Below, piece after piece: positions 36,970 through 48,502 of a stretch of DNA of 64,000 nucleotides. Location of the stretch: contig NW_005201360.1 in NCBI RefSeq assembly GCF_000372725.1, positions 84,881 to 148,880 on the forward strand. Reading direction: 5' to 3'. Position numbers and translations under genes: made by a program. The DNA is from Emiliania huxleyi CCMP1516. Taxonomy: Eukaryota. The notes below the pieces were generated by a model. It saw nothing but the letters and a program-made list of their open reading frames with translations. It was not told the origin of the DNA and ran no database searches. Position 1 is the first letter of the stretch, and each line of letters opens with the position of its first letter.

Positions 36970-39900
36970 TTAGTGGCCGTGCACGCAGCGGCGCTTCTGT
37001 GGCGCCGATGCGGGGGAGATGCCAGAGCCGGCGTAGAAGGCGAGCGGCCTCGCCGGCGACGGGCCAGAGGGGAAGCCCCGACGCTCGGGCGGCACCGAGG
37101 GCGATGACGAGGAGCCTGGCAGCGATGGCGGCGGCAGCGATGGCGGCGGCGAAGGCGGCTCGGGATCGTTCTCGCTATCGCTGCTGCAGCCATTACTGTC
37201 CTCGTCGGGGGCGGGCAGGCGCTCGATCCATCCGAGAGCGGGCTTTGGTGAAGCCGCTGCCCCCAGCCCGCGCGAGTCGCACGCCGAGGATCGGCGTGAT
37301 GTGCCCGACGCGGACGGCAGCGGGGACTGCCAGCTGCACAACGAGCGAGCGTACGGGGACGGCTTCGAGATGGAAGGGGAGACGTGCGGGGACGGCTTCG
37401 AGATGGAAGGGGAGAACCACCAGCCGGGCACTGCAGCGTCCTCCCGGCCGCCTTGGCGGGCATCGAGCTCGCGCCGCGAGGGCTGGGAGCGGGAGAGCTC
37501 GTCCGACGATGAGGGAAGATGGGAGCCGCGGGAGTGCCGGCAAGATGAGGAGAGGGCGAGCGGACTCGGCCTGACCGGGTTGAGCTCAATCGCACGCCTC
37601 GTCTCGCGCTTGGAGTGCCAAGCAGGCGAGTCCTCGGTACCGGCGGCGCGAATGACGTAGCGAAACTCGTCCTCGTCATCACCTGGCTGCCCAAAGGTGA
37701 GCACGCTGCCCTCGCGCAGCTGGGCGCTCGCCACCTCCTCGGCCGTAGACTGCAGGAGGACCGGCTCGCCACCTCCTCCCGGCTGCTGCACGCGGCACCC
37801 GTTCTTGCGCGAGACGTCTTCGAGCCGGACGCTGCGACCGTCGGCGGCGACGTGGAGCACGGCGTGCTGGCGCGAGATGTGCTGCGTCTTGAACAAGGCC
37901 ACGCCGCTCGACGCGTCGCGACCGACCGTGAGCGTGGCGCCGGGAGGCAGCGCGATCGGCGACGGCCGGCCAGCGCGAGCCCCGTTGACGCCCGCATCCA
38001 GCGCTAGCTCCAACGGCCAGCGAGCGGCGGGGGCCGCCGCGGTGTCCGACAGCGCCGGCGTCGAGGGCTGGCTTCCGAGCCGCGAGAGCTCTGCAGACAG
38101 CTGGTGGATGTCGCGGCTCTGCTGGCTGATGAGCGAGCGCTGCGAATGCACCCTGCTGCGCAGCTCATCGACAGTGCCGTAGGTGTTTGGCTCGGTGGAG
38201 ACAGAGATGTGCAGCAGGAGGCAGCACGAGTCGATCCGCGTGCCGCTTGGCGAGCGCAGGTGCAGGCAGCGGTAGCCGCAGCGCAGGGAACCTAGCATCA
38301 CCGTGTCGTACGCCACCAGCCGCCCCTCGTCCTCCACCACAACGCGGAGGATGGTCTGGTGAGGCTCGGCCGCGAGGCAGTGGAAGGTCTCGTCAAAGGT
38401 TGGGTTGAGGCCGTTGCCCTCCGCGACCGCGGTGGTGAGCCGCGTGACGCCCTGCGCCTCGGGCGGCGGCTGCGGCTCGCGTGCGACCGCGCAGAAGCCT
38501 CCGATGGCGTGCAGCTCGACGGCGACGCGCGGGCTCGACACGCTGGCGCTGGCCCCGCTGGGCGAATTGGGGCTATCGCTAAGGTGCGAGACGACGGCGT
38601 GGTGGGGCTCGGCGAGCAGCGGCCGGCACTCGTCCCGCGTCGGGAGCTGGTGCAGGGAGAGGACCTACGCGGCGTTGGGTCGCTCGGTGAGCTGACGAGA
38701 GGGAGAGCTGAACGGGGCGGCAGCAAGGAGCAGCGGAGCCTTCAGCTCCGTTCGATGCACCTCCTCCCGCGGCGGCGGCCACAGCTTCCCCCGCCCAGCC
38801 CCCTCGCGCAACACCCGATCATCGCCAGAGCCACCGCGAGCCGGGGTCACGGGGCCCCTGTTGGTTGGGGTCGGGGGCTGGATCGCCCGATCGGGCGCAC
38901 GGAGCGCCGCGGGCTTGAGGACGTAGCCACCGCTGCCGTGAAAGAGGGCGTCGTGGAGGTGCACCGGCAAGTCGTTCGTCTGCAGGTTGAGCGCCACCAT
39001 CTGCACACCCGCGCGCCACGCCACCTGTGGCGGAGGGAGAACGGTCCTTAGAGAGGATATGGGGGATTAAGCGAGGTGGTGGAAGCGAGGGCGGGCGCGC
39101 ACGAGTGGGTTGTTGTTGGTCGACCACCACCGAGTCGGAGAGGGGTAGGTTCTCACGAGCTGCGAGGCGGTGAGGGGCAGCAACCGTCCCTGCTCGCTCG
39201 CCAGCCGCTCGAGCCGCTCCTCCGACAAGCTCACGACACCGCGGCGGGGCTCGCCCGCCGGCTCCTCCGCAAGCCACGAGACGACCTGCAAGCCGGGCGA
39301 GCCCGGAGACCCGAAGGGCGACTCGGACGTCAGCGTGGCTCCGCTGTCGCCGTCGCCTCTTGTGCGGTCGAGAGGCACGCCGCGGAGCCAGTCCCAGACG
39401 CCACGGTGGAGGGGGCGGCTGCAGCGGAGCTCCTTCCAGCTCGCCGTGCGACCGAGCCGCCTGCCGCTGTCGTCCTCGTCGGGCGGCGATCGGCCGATGG
39501 AGGTCGTGGGCAGCGTGACGAGCGAGCGGAGGAGCGGGTCCGTGGTCACGCCGCCCTTGTCGAATCGCATCTTGATTAGCACCTTTCGGCGCAGCTCGCG
39601 GAGGGGCGTGCTCGCGACGCGGTCGCTGCGCGAGAGCAAGTCGCCCAGCGTGTTGATGAGCTCCTTGGCGATCTTGTTCTGCTGCTTCGCCGAGCAGTGC
39701 ATCTCGATGCTCAGAATCACGGGCAGAGGGCTGGCGGTGAAGGCGTGCTCGGCGATCGCAGCGACCACCTCGCCGAAGGCGACGCTTCCGCAGAGGAGAG
39801 GGACGCCTCCGCGCGTGGGGCCAATCATGCGGTGCGTGACGCGCGCCTGGCCCCACCACCGCGGGTCCCAGCAGTCGATCTCGAGGCAGCGAGTCCCCGA

Positions 39901-42900
39901 GAGCAGGAGGCGGCGGTACATGTCGGCAGACACGGCGGAGGTGAGCTGGTCGCCCTCGAGGAAGCTATTGTGCGACGAATCGATCCAGTAGCTGGTGAGC
40001 GGCTCAGTCGCGTCCGTGGGGGAGCGCCTAGGCTCGATGGCGCTGTTGCACGGCGAGAGCAGGAGGGAGGCGAACTCGTGCACCGAGATGGGCTCAGAGT
40101 CGACTGGCTCGGACGACTCCCTCGCCGCCTGCCTCGAGGCAGAGTCGCGGTGGACTGACGCGTCGCGATGCTTCTCCTTTGAGCGGAGGGCGCGGAGAGC
40201 GAGCTTCCACTCTTCCCACAGCTGGCGGCCCCCAGCGCCCTGCTCGCTGAGGCAGAAGCGAAGCAGGGCTCCCATGTTCAGTGACACCTGGGACTGCTCG
40301 ACGAAGGGCACGGTGCCCAGCGATGACATCCTCGTCAGCCTCGGCCCCGCCTCGAGGTCTGCGTGAGCAGGATGGTCAGTCCGGCGTCCGTCATTGCAGC
40401 AGCCGCTGCGCTGAGTGCAAGCCGCGGTCCCGCACCTCGATACCAGCTTCTCGACACACGCCTCGATGAAGGGCGTCGTGTTCCGAGTCACGTAGAGCCA
40501 CGCGCGAAGCTGCGCAGCCTCGCGCGCGGCCGTCCCCCACAGCTTCTGCTCCAGCACCGAGCTCCACAGGCGCTGCTCCACAAATGGGAGCCGCTCGACG
40601 TCGGGCGGGCCCTCGGTCGGCTCCTTGTTCGCCCTGCGGCAGATTCGCTCCCACACGACGTGACGCGTGGCATTAGGGCGCAGCAACGGCGCAGTACGAG
40701 CCCTGCTGCACGCCCGCCGCACCGCTCGTGCGCATCCGACGCAGGCGCGTACGGGAGCGCTCCGAGCGATTCGCCTGCGCAGCAGCGTCCACGGGCTCGT
40801 GCCGTGAGACGCGGCGATGCGCGATAGCGGCGGTACCGGCAGCCAGCTGAGCCAGCTGACGGAGAGGCAGCTGCAACAGTACAGGCACAGCAGCAGAACG
40901 ACGCACGCTGCCACGGCGCAGACGGCCGCTAGGACACTGCGGGGAAGATCGTCGCTGTCCGGCGATAGGCACTCGACATAGCGCCAGTCGCCATAGTTTT
41001 CGTGACACGCCTCTGCGAGAACGAATGAGTACCTGGCGATGCCGAGCGCGTTCTGGTACAGGCCGGTCTCGAGGTTGAGCGATGAGCTGCCTCCGCCGCA
41101 GTAGCCGTCGGCTCCGCAGCACTCGCCGTCATTACACCGCGTCACCTGCGTCTCATTCTCCGCGCACAGCTCGCCCTCCGGGCAGCGGGGCCCGCAGGGG
41201 GTGCGGAGCTCCCCGTCGGGGACGTCGAGCACACTCGGCTTAAGAATGGGGCCGTCGAGGTTGGTCGCGCCGGGGTCCGCGTCGGGGTCGCGGCAAGTGC
41301 CGACGGGCGGCGGCACGGAGCAGAAGCCACCGGTGCACGCCTCGGAGTTGCACTCGTGATCCGAGGAGCAGGGCTCGTTCACCAGCTTCGAGTACGTGCA
41401 GTTGCGCTCGAGCCTCTCCGTGTGCGTGTACGCCTCGCATGCCCAGTCCGTCACGTTGCACGCGCCACCGCCGCAGCAATCGACGTCCACCGAGCCGATG
41501 TAGCGGAGGTCCACGCCGTTGTCCACAAACTCCTTAAGCGCCGACGGAGGCACGATGCGCACACCGCTCGTGTTGACCGACAGGGCGCATTTACCGCTAT
41601 CAGCTGCGGATCGGATCGCATTGTCACGCAGACTGCGGCCGCCGCCACCGCCGCCTTTCTCCCTGATGCAGCGACGCAGCTCGTCGCCGTCGATGCCGTA
41701 CGCCTCAGGATCGCACGCGCCGATGGCGTCCTCGCCCAAGGTAATCGCCTCGCAATCAGCACTCGCAGAGACGCAGCGAAGGAATGGGAGTGGGGCGATC
41801 GCGCTGTGGGTGGTGGCGTTATTGGCCGCGGAAGCCTGCATAGTGCACTGGGTGAAGGCGTCGCCCTCGGCTGGCAGTACGTGCACAGTAGCGATCATCG
41901 GGCGCGGTGGCGGCAATGACTGGCCCCGTTCGACCATGAACTCGAGCTCTCCCGTGAGAGTATCGATGGCTGCCGCAGTGGCGTCGCCGCACTCGAAGTC
42001 GACCGTCACAGCGACGCTCGCCTGCACGCCGGAAATGGGCGTGGTAAAGGGGGGAGCAGAGAGGGAGAGAGGCCGGTAGGGCAGGCGCGCCTTGGGAGGC
42101 TCGTCCCCAGAGCCGCACGGGCCTGAGTACCCGGGAGGAAGCGTGGGACACACGCCGCCAGCGCACACCGCCTCGTCGTAGCACGGGCGGTAGTCGATGC
42201 AGCCGTCGCACTGACAGTGAGCCTCTGTGCTGCCGCACCAGCCATAGGGCGAGCAGCAGTAGTCGATGTCGCTGTTGGGGTCGCACTCGCCGATGGCGTT
42301 GCCAGCGAGGCCCGGGTATCCCGGCCCGCACCTGCCCTCATGGTTGTACAGTGACGGTTCAGAAGGCGGCGGCGGGGCTGGCGGCGCTTCAACAGGCGGT
42401 TCCACCACGCCAAAGTTGTAGATCACGCCGCTGCTCTCGCGCGATCCGCCCTCCCAGACCCATGTGCCGTTGTTGAATTGCGCTACGTACTTCTCAGAGA
42501 AGCCACCTTGGTCAAGCAGGTTGAACAGCTGCACGTTCGGGTTGCTCCTGTCGCCCTTCTCGTCGAACTCAACGCGCCCCGAAAGGCCGTCGAACGAGAG
42601 GTTCTGCTTGGCCTCCCAGAACTGCGTGCCAAATGACGCCGGCAGCGGGCCCGTCGGAGCCACTCGGCACGACAACAGCCCTGCAGCTATAACAGCATCG
42701 TAAGCAAAGGTGCCGCCCTCGCGTAGCACGGCACTCGTGTTAGGATCGACGGTTCTGAAGAAGTCGTCGCGGATCTGCCAATCGGCGGGCAGGAACTGGT
42801 TGAAGTCTCCGGGCTGGAGCTCCGGCCAGCGCTCGTTGGCAAAATGGGCCCACTGTGGGTTGTTGTCGGTTGCACCGACCGCCTTGATTTGCAGGCTGCC

Positions 42901-43779
42901 GTTCAGCGCGGCCTTCGCCTCCTCGCTTAATTCGGAAAAGGTATCGGAAAAGACATCGACAGGCAAAATGTCAGAGAAGACCCAAGAAGTACCGGGTCGG
43001 AGCAGACTGGTGTTCAGCGCAGTCTCTACGATGAGGCCAAGGTTCGTTCCCAAAGTGAGAACTAGCACTGCCTTGGCCCCGCTGCTGCTCAGACTTTGCA
43101 CGGCGTCCCGGATCGACTCTTCGCGGGTCGATTCATCTTCGGAGAACTCTTTGCTGACGAACGTCAACCCGAGGCTCTGGCACTCTGCTTTTGCTGCTTC
43201 CTCGTAGGCGCGGCCGTACGCGGTCTGCGCATAGAGTACGGCCACTGTCGATACCTTGAGTTCATCCTTCCAAAAGGAACAGAGGTCAGAAGCGGGCGCA
43301 AGTTGCGAGGGTATGGTCCTCATAAAGCGAGGGTAGAAGGTGTCGGACAGATCGGTCGACTGTGACCAGTACGAAATTTGAGGGATGTCGAGAGCGCCGG
43401 TGATGGCCGCGGTGGTGGCGGAGACATCGCTACGAACGGCTCCGATGACCACATCTGTGCCAGACGACAAGTCTCCCAACCCCTGGACTGACTTGGCAAC
43501 TGTGCCGCCGCTGTCGAGCAGCCGGAACTGAAGCTGCTTGTCGCACCCAGCCAAGGTCCCAAGCACGGGTAGAGCAGTAGCGGCCCGCGAGTTGAAGTCC
43601 GTCACTGCGGTCAGGGCGGCCGCAACGACCGCCTGCATTCGCTTTGGCAACCAACACGTGTCATCGACAAAGTCGCCGGCGCAAGTTTCGGCGGAAGTGG
43701 AGCGCGCGTTCGATTGCAAGGTGAGGACTGCGAGGCTCACATTTGTGGAAGCGAGAGCCGGCAGCAGCAGTGACAGCAT
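36970..43779 (-). CDS. Receptor-like phosphoinositide phospholipase C: signal peptide, ANF-receptor/Venus-flytrap domain, hevein-like Cys modules, TM, PLC-X/Y, C2, FHA (~2200 aa)
   Basis: Continuous ORF 39103-43779, spliced via 39025-39102 (GT-AG) and 38665-38739 (GC-AG) in frame to 36970. VFT motifs IPQISYWSQSTDLSD..YPRFMRTIP, YDAV, FDGLSGRVEFDEKGDR; PLC motifs YWIDSSHNSFLEGDQL, CLEIDCWD, PVILSIEMHC, LVRTYP, QMVALNLQT, GYVLKP; C2 NGLNPTFDETF, GYRCLHL; FHA VGR..ISRQHA..NG. Confidence 0.9.
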
Positions 43780-44326
43780 GGACGGCTGCCAGGGCCGGCC
43801 GGCGTCCACGACGAAAGGCAGCCGCCAGCCAGGAAAAAGCAGCCGCCCTCGGGCAAGGCACGAAGTGGGACGCCGATGAAGACACGGGGCATGAGCGACG
43901 GAGACTCCGCTGTGAAGCCCGCGCCGAAAAAGGAGTGAAGGGGGGGGAACGTCAAACCAGACATGCGGTCTGATGATTAATTGTTTTGACCAAGAAAGAA
44001 AGCCCCGCACGTCTGGTTTGCGGGAATGTTCGATTGTTTTTGTAATGTTCGTAAACGTACTGAGAAAAGGGTTGCTTAAAGGGAGGAGTCGAGCTCGAGC
44101 ACAGGCTGAGGGTCTCTCTTCGGTTCGTACCGCAAGAAGGACGCATTTCTCAATACAACCTCTCCCTCTCTACCTCCTCTACGCGGGCAGCCGCGTCGAA
44201 GTACGGAGGGGCCCTTTGCAGAGGGCGTTCCTCCCATGCAATCAAGGAGGTGCGAATGATGACACGCCCTCCGATCGCCTTTGGCCTCGACCCGGCCCAC
44301 CCGGCCCACCCCTTGCGAAACACACG

Positions 44327-44824
44327 ATGGCGACTCAGTGCGGCCTCGACCCGTGCGTGCCCACGACCGACACGGCGGCGGAGCGTGACTCTCACACCGC
44401 TCGGTTCAAGCTCCGTGCAGTCCGCGCCGCACTTGCCCGCCCAGTCTGGTATCGCATCAGCCCGACGTGCCGCGAGTTTGGAGTCAGCTCGCCCGAGCTG
44501 CGCGGCTGGATCAAAGACAGAGACGAGCTCGAGGCGCTGGGTGTGCTTGAGGCATACGTCGACGCTGTGCTTGAGGGACCGACGCTGCCCGATTCGCCGA
44601 GGTGCGTCACTTGGCCTCACAACAGCACGGGGACGCTCCCTGAGCAGGAGGCTCCCGCCTCTGAGACCGGGCCTCCCATGTGTTCGAATGAGCCCCAGAC
44701 GTGTCTGGCGAAGCTATCGACGCGGCAGACGGCTTTCTGGCTCGATCCGCTCGAAGAACTGTCGGAAGAGAACTCGTGGTCAACGTGCCGGATGGCGTGG
44801 TCGCGCAATACGCGCGCGAGCTAG
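44327..44824 (+). CDS. Small protein with Brinker-like/HTH DNA-binding domain
   Basis: RDSHTARFKLRAVRAAL...ISPTCREFGVSSPELRGWIK resembles the R.S(Y/F)T..FKL..V....R.FGV....R.W.K HTH. Confidence 0.6.
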   Translation: MATQCGLDPCVPTTDTAAERDSHTARFKLRAVRAALARPVWYRISPTCREFGVSSPELRGWIKDRDELEALGVLEAYVDAVLEGPTLPDSPRCVTWPHNSTGTLPEQEAPASETGPPMCSNEPQTCLAKLSTRQTAFWLDPLEELSEENSWSTCRMAWSRNTRAS

Positions 44825-45559
44825 GGCGACTCCCACTCCGGCTGGAGGGGGGGGCGGCCAGGAAACGGCTTGGTTGCCCTCGGTCAGTCCGCTAGCGCTG
44901 GTCAGATGGAGGGCATCGACGCCGGCCGGCCGCGTCGTGAGTCCGATCTTGAGCCACAGCACGTGGCCCTCAGTGCCGTTCGTTTGTGTCCAAAAAGAGC
45001 CGTGTCGTCACGACTCTCTCGTGTACAACAATTTCTGTGAGTACGGCTCTACGTTGTCCAAGCATATCGCATGTGTCTTAGATAGAGTGTATCGATTCGT
45101 GTGTCCCTTATGTGTCCGTGTGTGCCGCCTCCCGGTGTGGGTGTGGCGTCGGCGTGTGAGGTGTGTGCGGCGTGTGTGTGCGTAGTAGGTGTGTGTGTGG
45201 TGTGTCAGAGAGACGACAGACGAGTCGTGTGACTGTATGTCTCTGAGAGTCGAGCCGACAGCCGAGACGCGAGAGACAGAGATGCATCAGAGAGGGTCTG
45301 TCGGTCGTGCGCAGAGACAGCAGAGAGGAGAGAGAGAGCCTCCTCTTCGGGGTCGGATATATTATAACTGGCGCCACTACATAACGGTCCGGACCAATAC
45401 CGCCTGCTGAAATGGATAACAGACCAAAGCTCTCAGTGAAAATCTTTAGCCCAGCCTAACTAAGGAGAACGAAACGAGAAAGCGGAGAGAAACCGGCGGC
45501 ACGGCGGTCGTTGCGTGCAATAAGCCACTAACAATTCTCCTCGGCGATACCAGAATGTG

Positions 45560-46264
45560 TCAGCTTGCTCGCTTCGCTCGACTCTTGCCGCGCACTCGCC
45601 GCCGGCATAGACACGTCGCCAGCAGCAGGCCGGCGCACGGCAGCATGACCCCGCTCCCTCCGAGCGCGGCGCTGCCCGCGGGCCCGAGTCTCCAAAAGTC
45701 GCCGCCCTCCACGGCCCCTTTGCGGAGGTTGACCCCGCGTAGGTAGGGCACCCGCCGCGGGAGGCTCGCGTTCGGCTCGCTCTCGCCTCCGCCGGTAAGC
45801 ACCCACGCCGCGGCGATCGCCCGGTGCTGGCCCTCCTCGATCGAGTAGCGCGCCGACTCCTCGCACGGCGATGCGGCGGCAAAGGTGAGCGAGACGGCCT
45901 CCGCGGCCGTGGCGTGCCGAGCAAAGATGCGGGCGCCGCGCGCGAGGCGCGCGAACGAGAGCGCTTCGGAGAGGCTCACGGCCGAGAGCAGCCAGGGCAC
46001 GCGCAGCGCCGCGGCCTGCATCCCGCCGAGTCTCCGGATGACAGACACGACCTGCCGCAGGCTGCGCCCCTCCGCCAGCAGCGCGCGGTTACTGTCTCCC
46101 GACCAACAGACGAAGCAATCGAGGAACGTGTGGATAGGCGCAGAGCCGCTCAGCAGCTCACGATCCTCCGGAGCGCCGAGGACAAAGTCGCGGACCCGGG
46201 CCTTCTCGTCGGGCGCGAGGAGCGCGAGCGCCGCGTCCGCGTCGATGGGCCTCTCGGCCACCAT
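45560..46264 (-). CDS. Hypothetical protein with ParB/Srx-like motif (EGQHR)
   Basis: 234-aa ORF; YSIEEGQHRAIAA resembles the ParB/sulfiredoxin DG.HR motif. Confidence 0.45.
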   Translation of the reverse strand: MVAERPIDADAALALLAPDEKARVRDFVLGAPEDRELLSGSAPIHTFLDCFVCWSGDSNRALLAEGRSLRQVVSVIRRLGGMQAAALRVPWLLSAVSLSEALSFARLARGARIFARHATAAEAVSLTFAAASPCEESARYSIEEGQHRAIAAAWVLTGGGESEPNASLPRRVPYLRGVNLRKGAVEGGDFWRLGPAGSAALGGSGVMLPCAGLLLATCLCRRRVRGKSRAKRAS

Positions 46265-46829
46265 GTTGCAATACGCACGGCAGCAGCAGCAGCGTGCTTG
46301 GACACCCAGGCGGCGACACCCAGTGGCGCAGCAGCGGCGGGTGACGCGGTTTCTTCTTTCACGCGAAAGGACAGGACCTCGTCATTTCCGCACGAGCCAC
46401 ACGGCGCCGACGACAGGGCGGGACGCCCGGCAGAGGCCAGCCGCCGGCACAGAAACCCGCGGCGCCTCTGGGCGCTGCCCGGGGCGCGCAGTAGCGCCCC
46501 GCCCGGACTCGCTTCGCCGTTTTCAGCAATTTTTGTTTTTGTTGCCGTTTTGGGCGAGCAAAGAACTCCAATTTTTGACCGTCGGCGGTAAATTTTGTCG
46601 ACCGGACCGGCCAATTGCTGAGACGCCCGTGAATACGTTGCGGAACTCTGCTTCCCTTTCCCGTGGCCCAACGGGGTCGGTCAGGTTTTTACAGAATTTC
46701 ATCATCATTATATCCGGAAGGCAAAAATAAAATACACGTCGAAATTCGTCATTTGTGTTTCCCACGCGACTCCCGCTTCCACCTTCCGGGCCACCAGTGG
46801 CCGAGACCTCTGGACCACGCACGTAGCAA

Positions 46830-47087
46830 ATGCAGTGCGCCTACTGCACCAGCCAACTGGTGAGCGGGGGAAGCTGGTACATGCTCGCTGATCGTCGGTA
46901 TTGCTGTCAAGAGCACCGCCTGAGCGCACACGCTGCGGCGGCCGCGGCAGCAGCGGCTCGCTCCTCGCCAATCCCTATCCCGATGCAGAAAGTTTGTCGC
47001 CCGAAGCGTGTAGGCAACCCGCTCGAAGCCCTCCGCGTCTGCGCCAATGCAATGCAGCGACCAAGCAGCGACCTGGTGCTGCGCTAA
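46830..47087 (+). CDS. Small protein with FCS-like (FLZ-type) zinc finger
   Basis: CAYCTSQLVSGGSWYMLADRRYCCQEHR = CX2C-X19-YCCX2HR with the YM dipeptide typical of FLZ/DUF581. Confidence 0.55.
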   Translation: MQCAYCTSQLVSGGSWYMLADRRYCCQEHRLSAHAAAAAAAAARSSPIPIPMQKVCRPKRVGNPLEALRVCANAMQRPSSDLVLR

Positions 47088-47956
47088 TGCTTGAGCACCG
47101 TCCCGGCGGAAAGTCTTTTACGTGTCCGTTCAGCCTCCCAGTCGTATGGATACTCATTCAAGGCGGAACTCCAGTTCAATTCGCACGCACGACGAATCGT
47201 GCGCGCGAGACCGTCGCAAGCGATATCCTCTCGTCAGGGCCTTGCGCTGCTTGCGACGATCGCTCCCAACGCCTCGCCACACGCCTGGCCGCTCGACCGC
47301 CCCTTTGACGCGGTGGCGAATACTGAACGCATCCCATGTAACGTGGCCTCCCCCGCATGCTCACGTAGCGCTGCATTCCGCGTCTTTCCTCTCTCCGCCG
47401 CCGTCAGCGCTGGGCATGTGCGAGTGCCTCTCAGAGATGTGTCAGAGTGTCGTGAGACCGTGTGTCGGGGACTCGGGGGCTGTCACAGTGTTTGCCAAGG
47501 TGCAGCGACCGATGCGGCGGCCCTTGCGGTTGCGCGCACTCCCTGGGACTGGTCTCACGTGGTATATGTTCCTTTTGCCCCGAGCGACGTGTCCCGAGTC
47601 GTGCCGCGACAATACTCATGTCAATACTCAACGATAACTTCTCCTCTCGGCTCTCCAAAACCTCTCAACAGCAGCAGCGCCGCTCCAGCTGTCTCGAGAC
47701 CTCACAGCTCACACCTCTGAGAATGATGCCTCTGACTACCGCGACCAAATCTCTGCGGCGCGGTTCTCTCTCCGCTCCCCCGGCTCTAGGACACCGCCCG
47801 CGCCTAAGGCTGATGCAAAGCCAGCGGGACCCGACGGCATGGGAGACCTCCCGCTCGCCGACCGCCCCCCCGCCCCTCCCCCTAGCGGCGCGAGCCCAGC
47901 GCGAGGCCGACAGCGATGCCGAGCACGAGCCAGGCGAGGGAAGCGAGCGCGCCGCT

Positions 47957-47987
<31 letters not shown>

Positions 47988-48116
47988 TCGCTGCNNNNNN
48001 NNNNNNNNNNNNNNNNNNNNNNNNNNNNNNNNNNNNNNNNNNNNNNNNNNNNNNNNNNNNNNNNNNNNNNNNNNNNNNNNNNNNNNNNNNNNNNNNNNNN
48101 NNNNNNNNNNNNNNNN

Positions 48117-48397
48117 CTCAAGGTATCGACAGTGGCCGTACTCTATGCGCGGACCGCGTACGGCCGCGCCTGCGAGGAAGCAGCAAAAGCAGAGTGCCGG
48201 AGCCTCGGGTTGACGTTCGTCAGCAAAGAGTTCTCCGAAGATGAATCGACCCGCGAAGAGTCGATCCGGGAGGCCGTGCAAAGTCTGAGCAGCAGCGGGG
48301 CCAAGGCAGTGCTAGTTCTCACTTTGGGAACGAACCTTGGCCTCGTCGTGGAGACTGCGCTGAACACCAGTCTGCTCCGACCCGGTACGTCGTGGGT
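48117..48397 (+). pseudogene. Inverted near-identical fragment of the Venus-flytrap domain of the receptor-PLC gene
   Basis: 48117-48388 is the reverse complement of 42989-43260 with about half a dozen substitutions; abuts an N gap and stops at TAG 48402-48404. Confidence 0.8.
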
Positions 48398-48502
48398 GGA
48401 GTAGGAGGAGGAGGAGGGGGGAGGAGGTAGGGTGTGGGTGGTGAGAACGGCGGAGGGGTCTGGGTTGCTGCGGCTTAGGGTGTGGGCTTGACGGCTCGCG
48501 CG

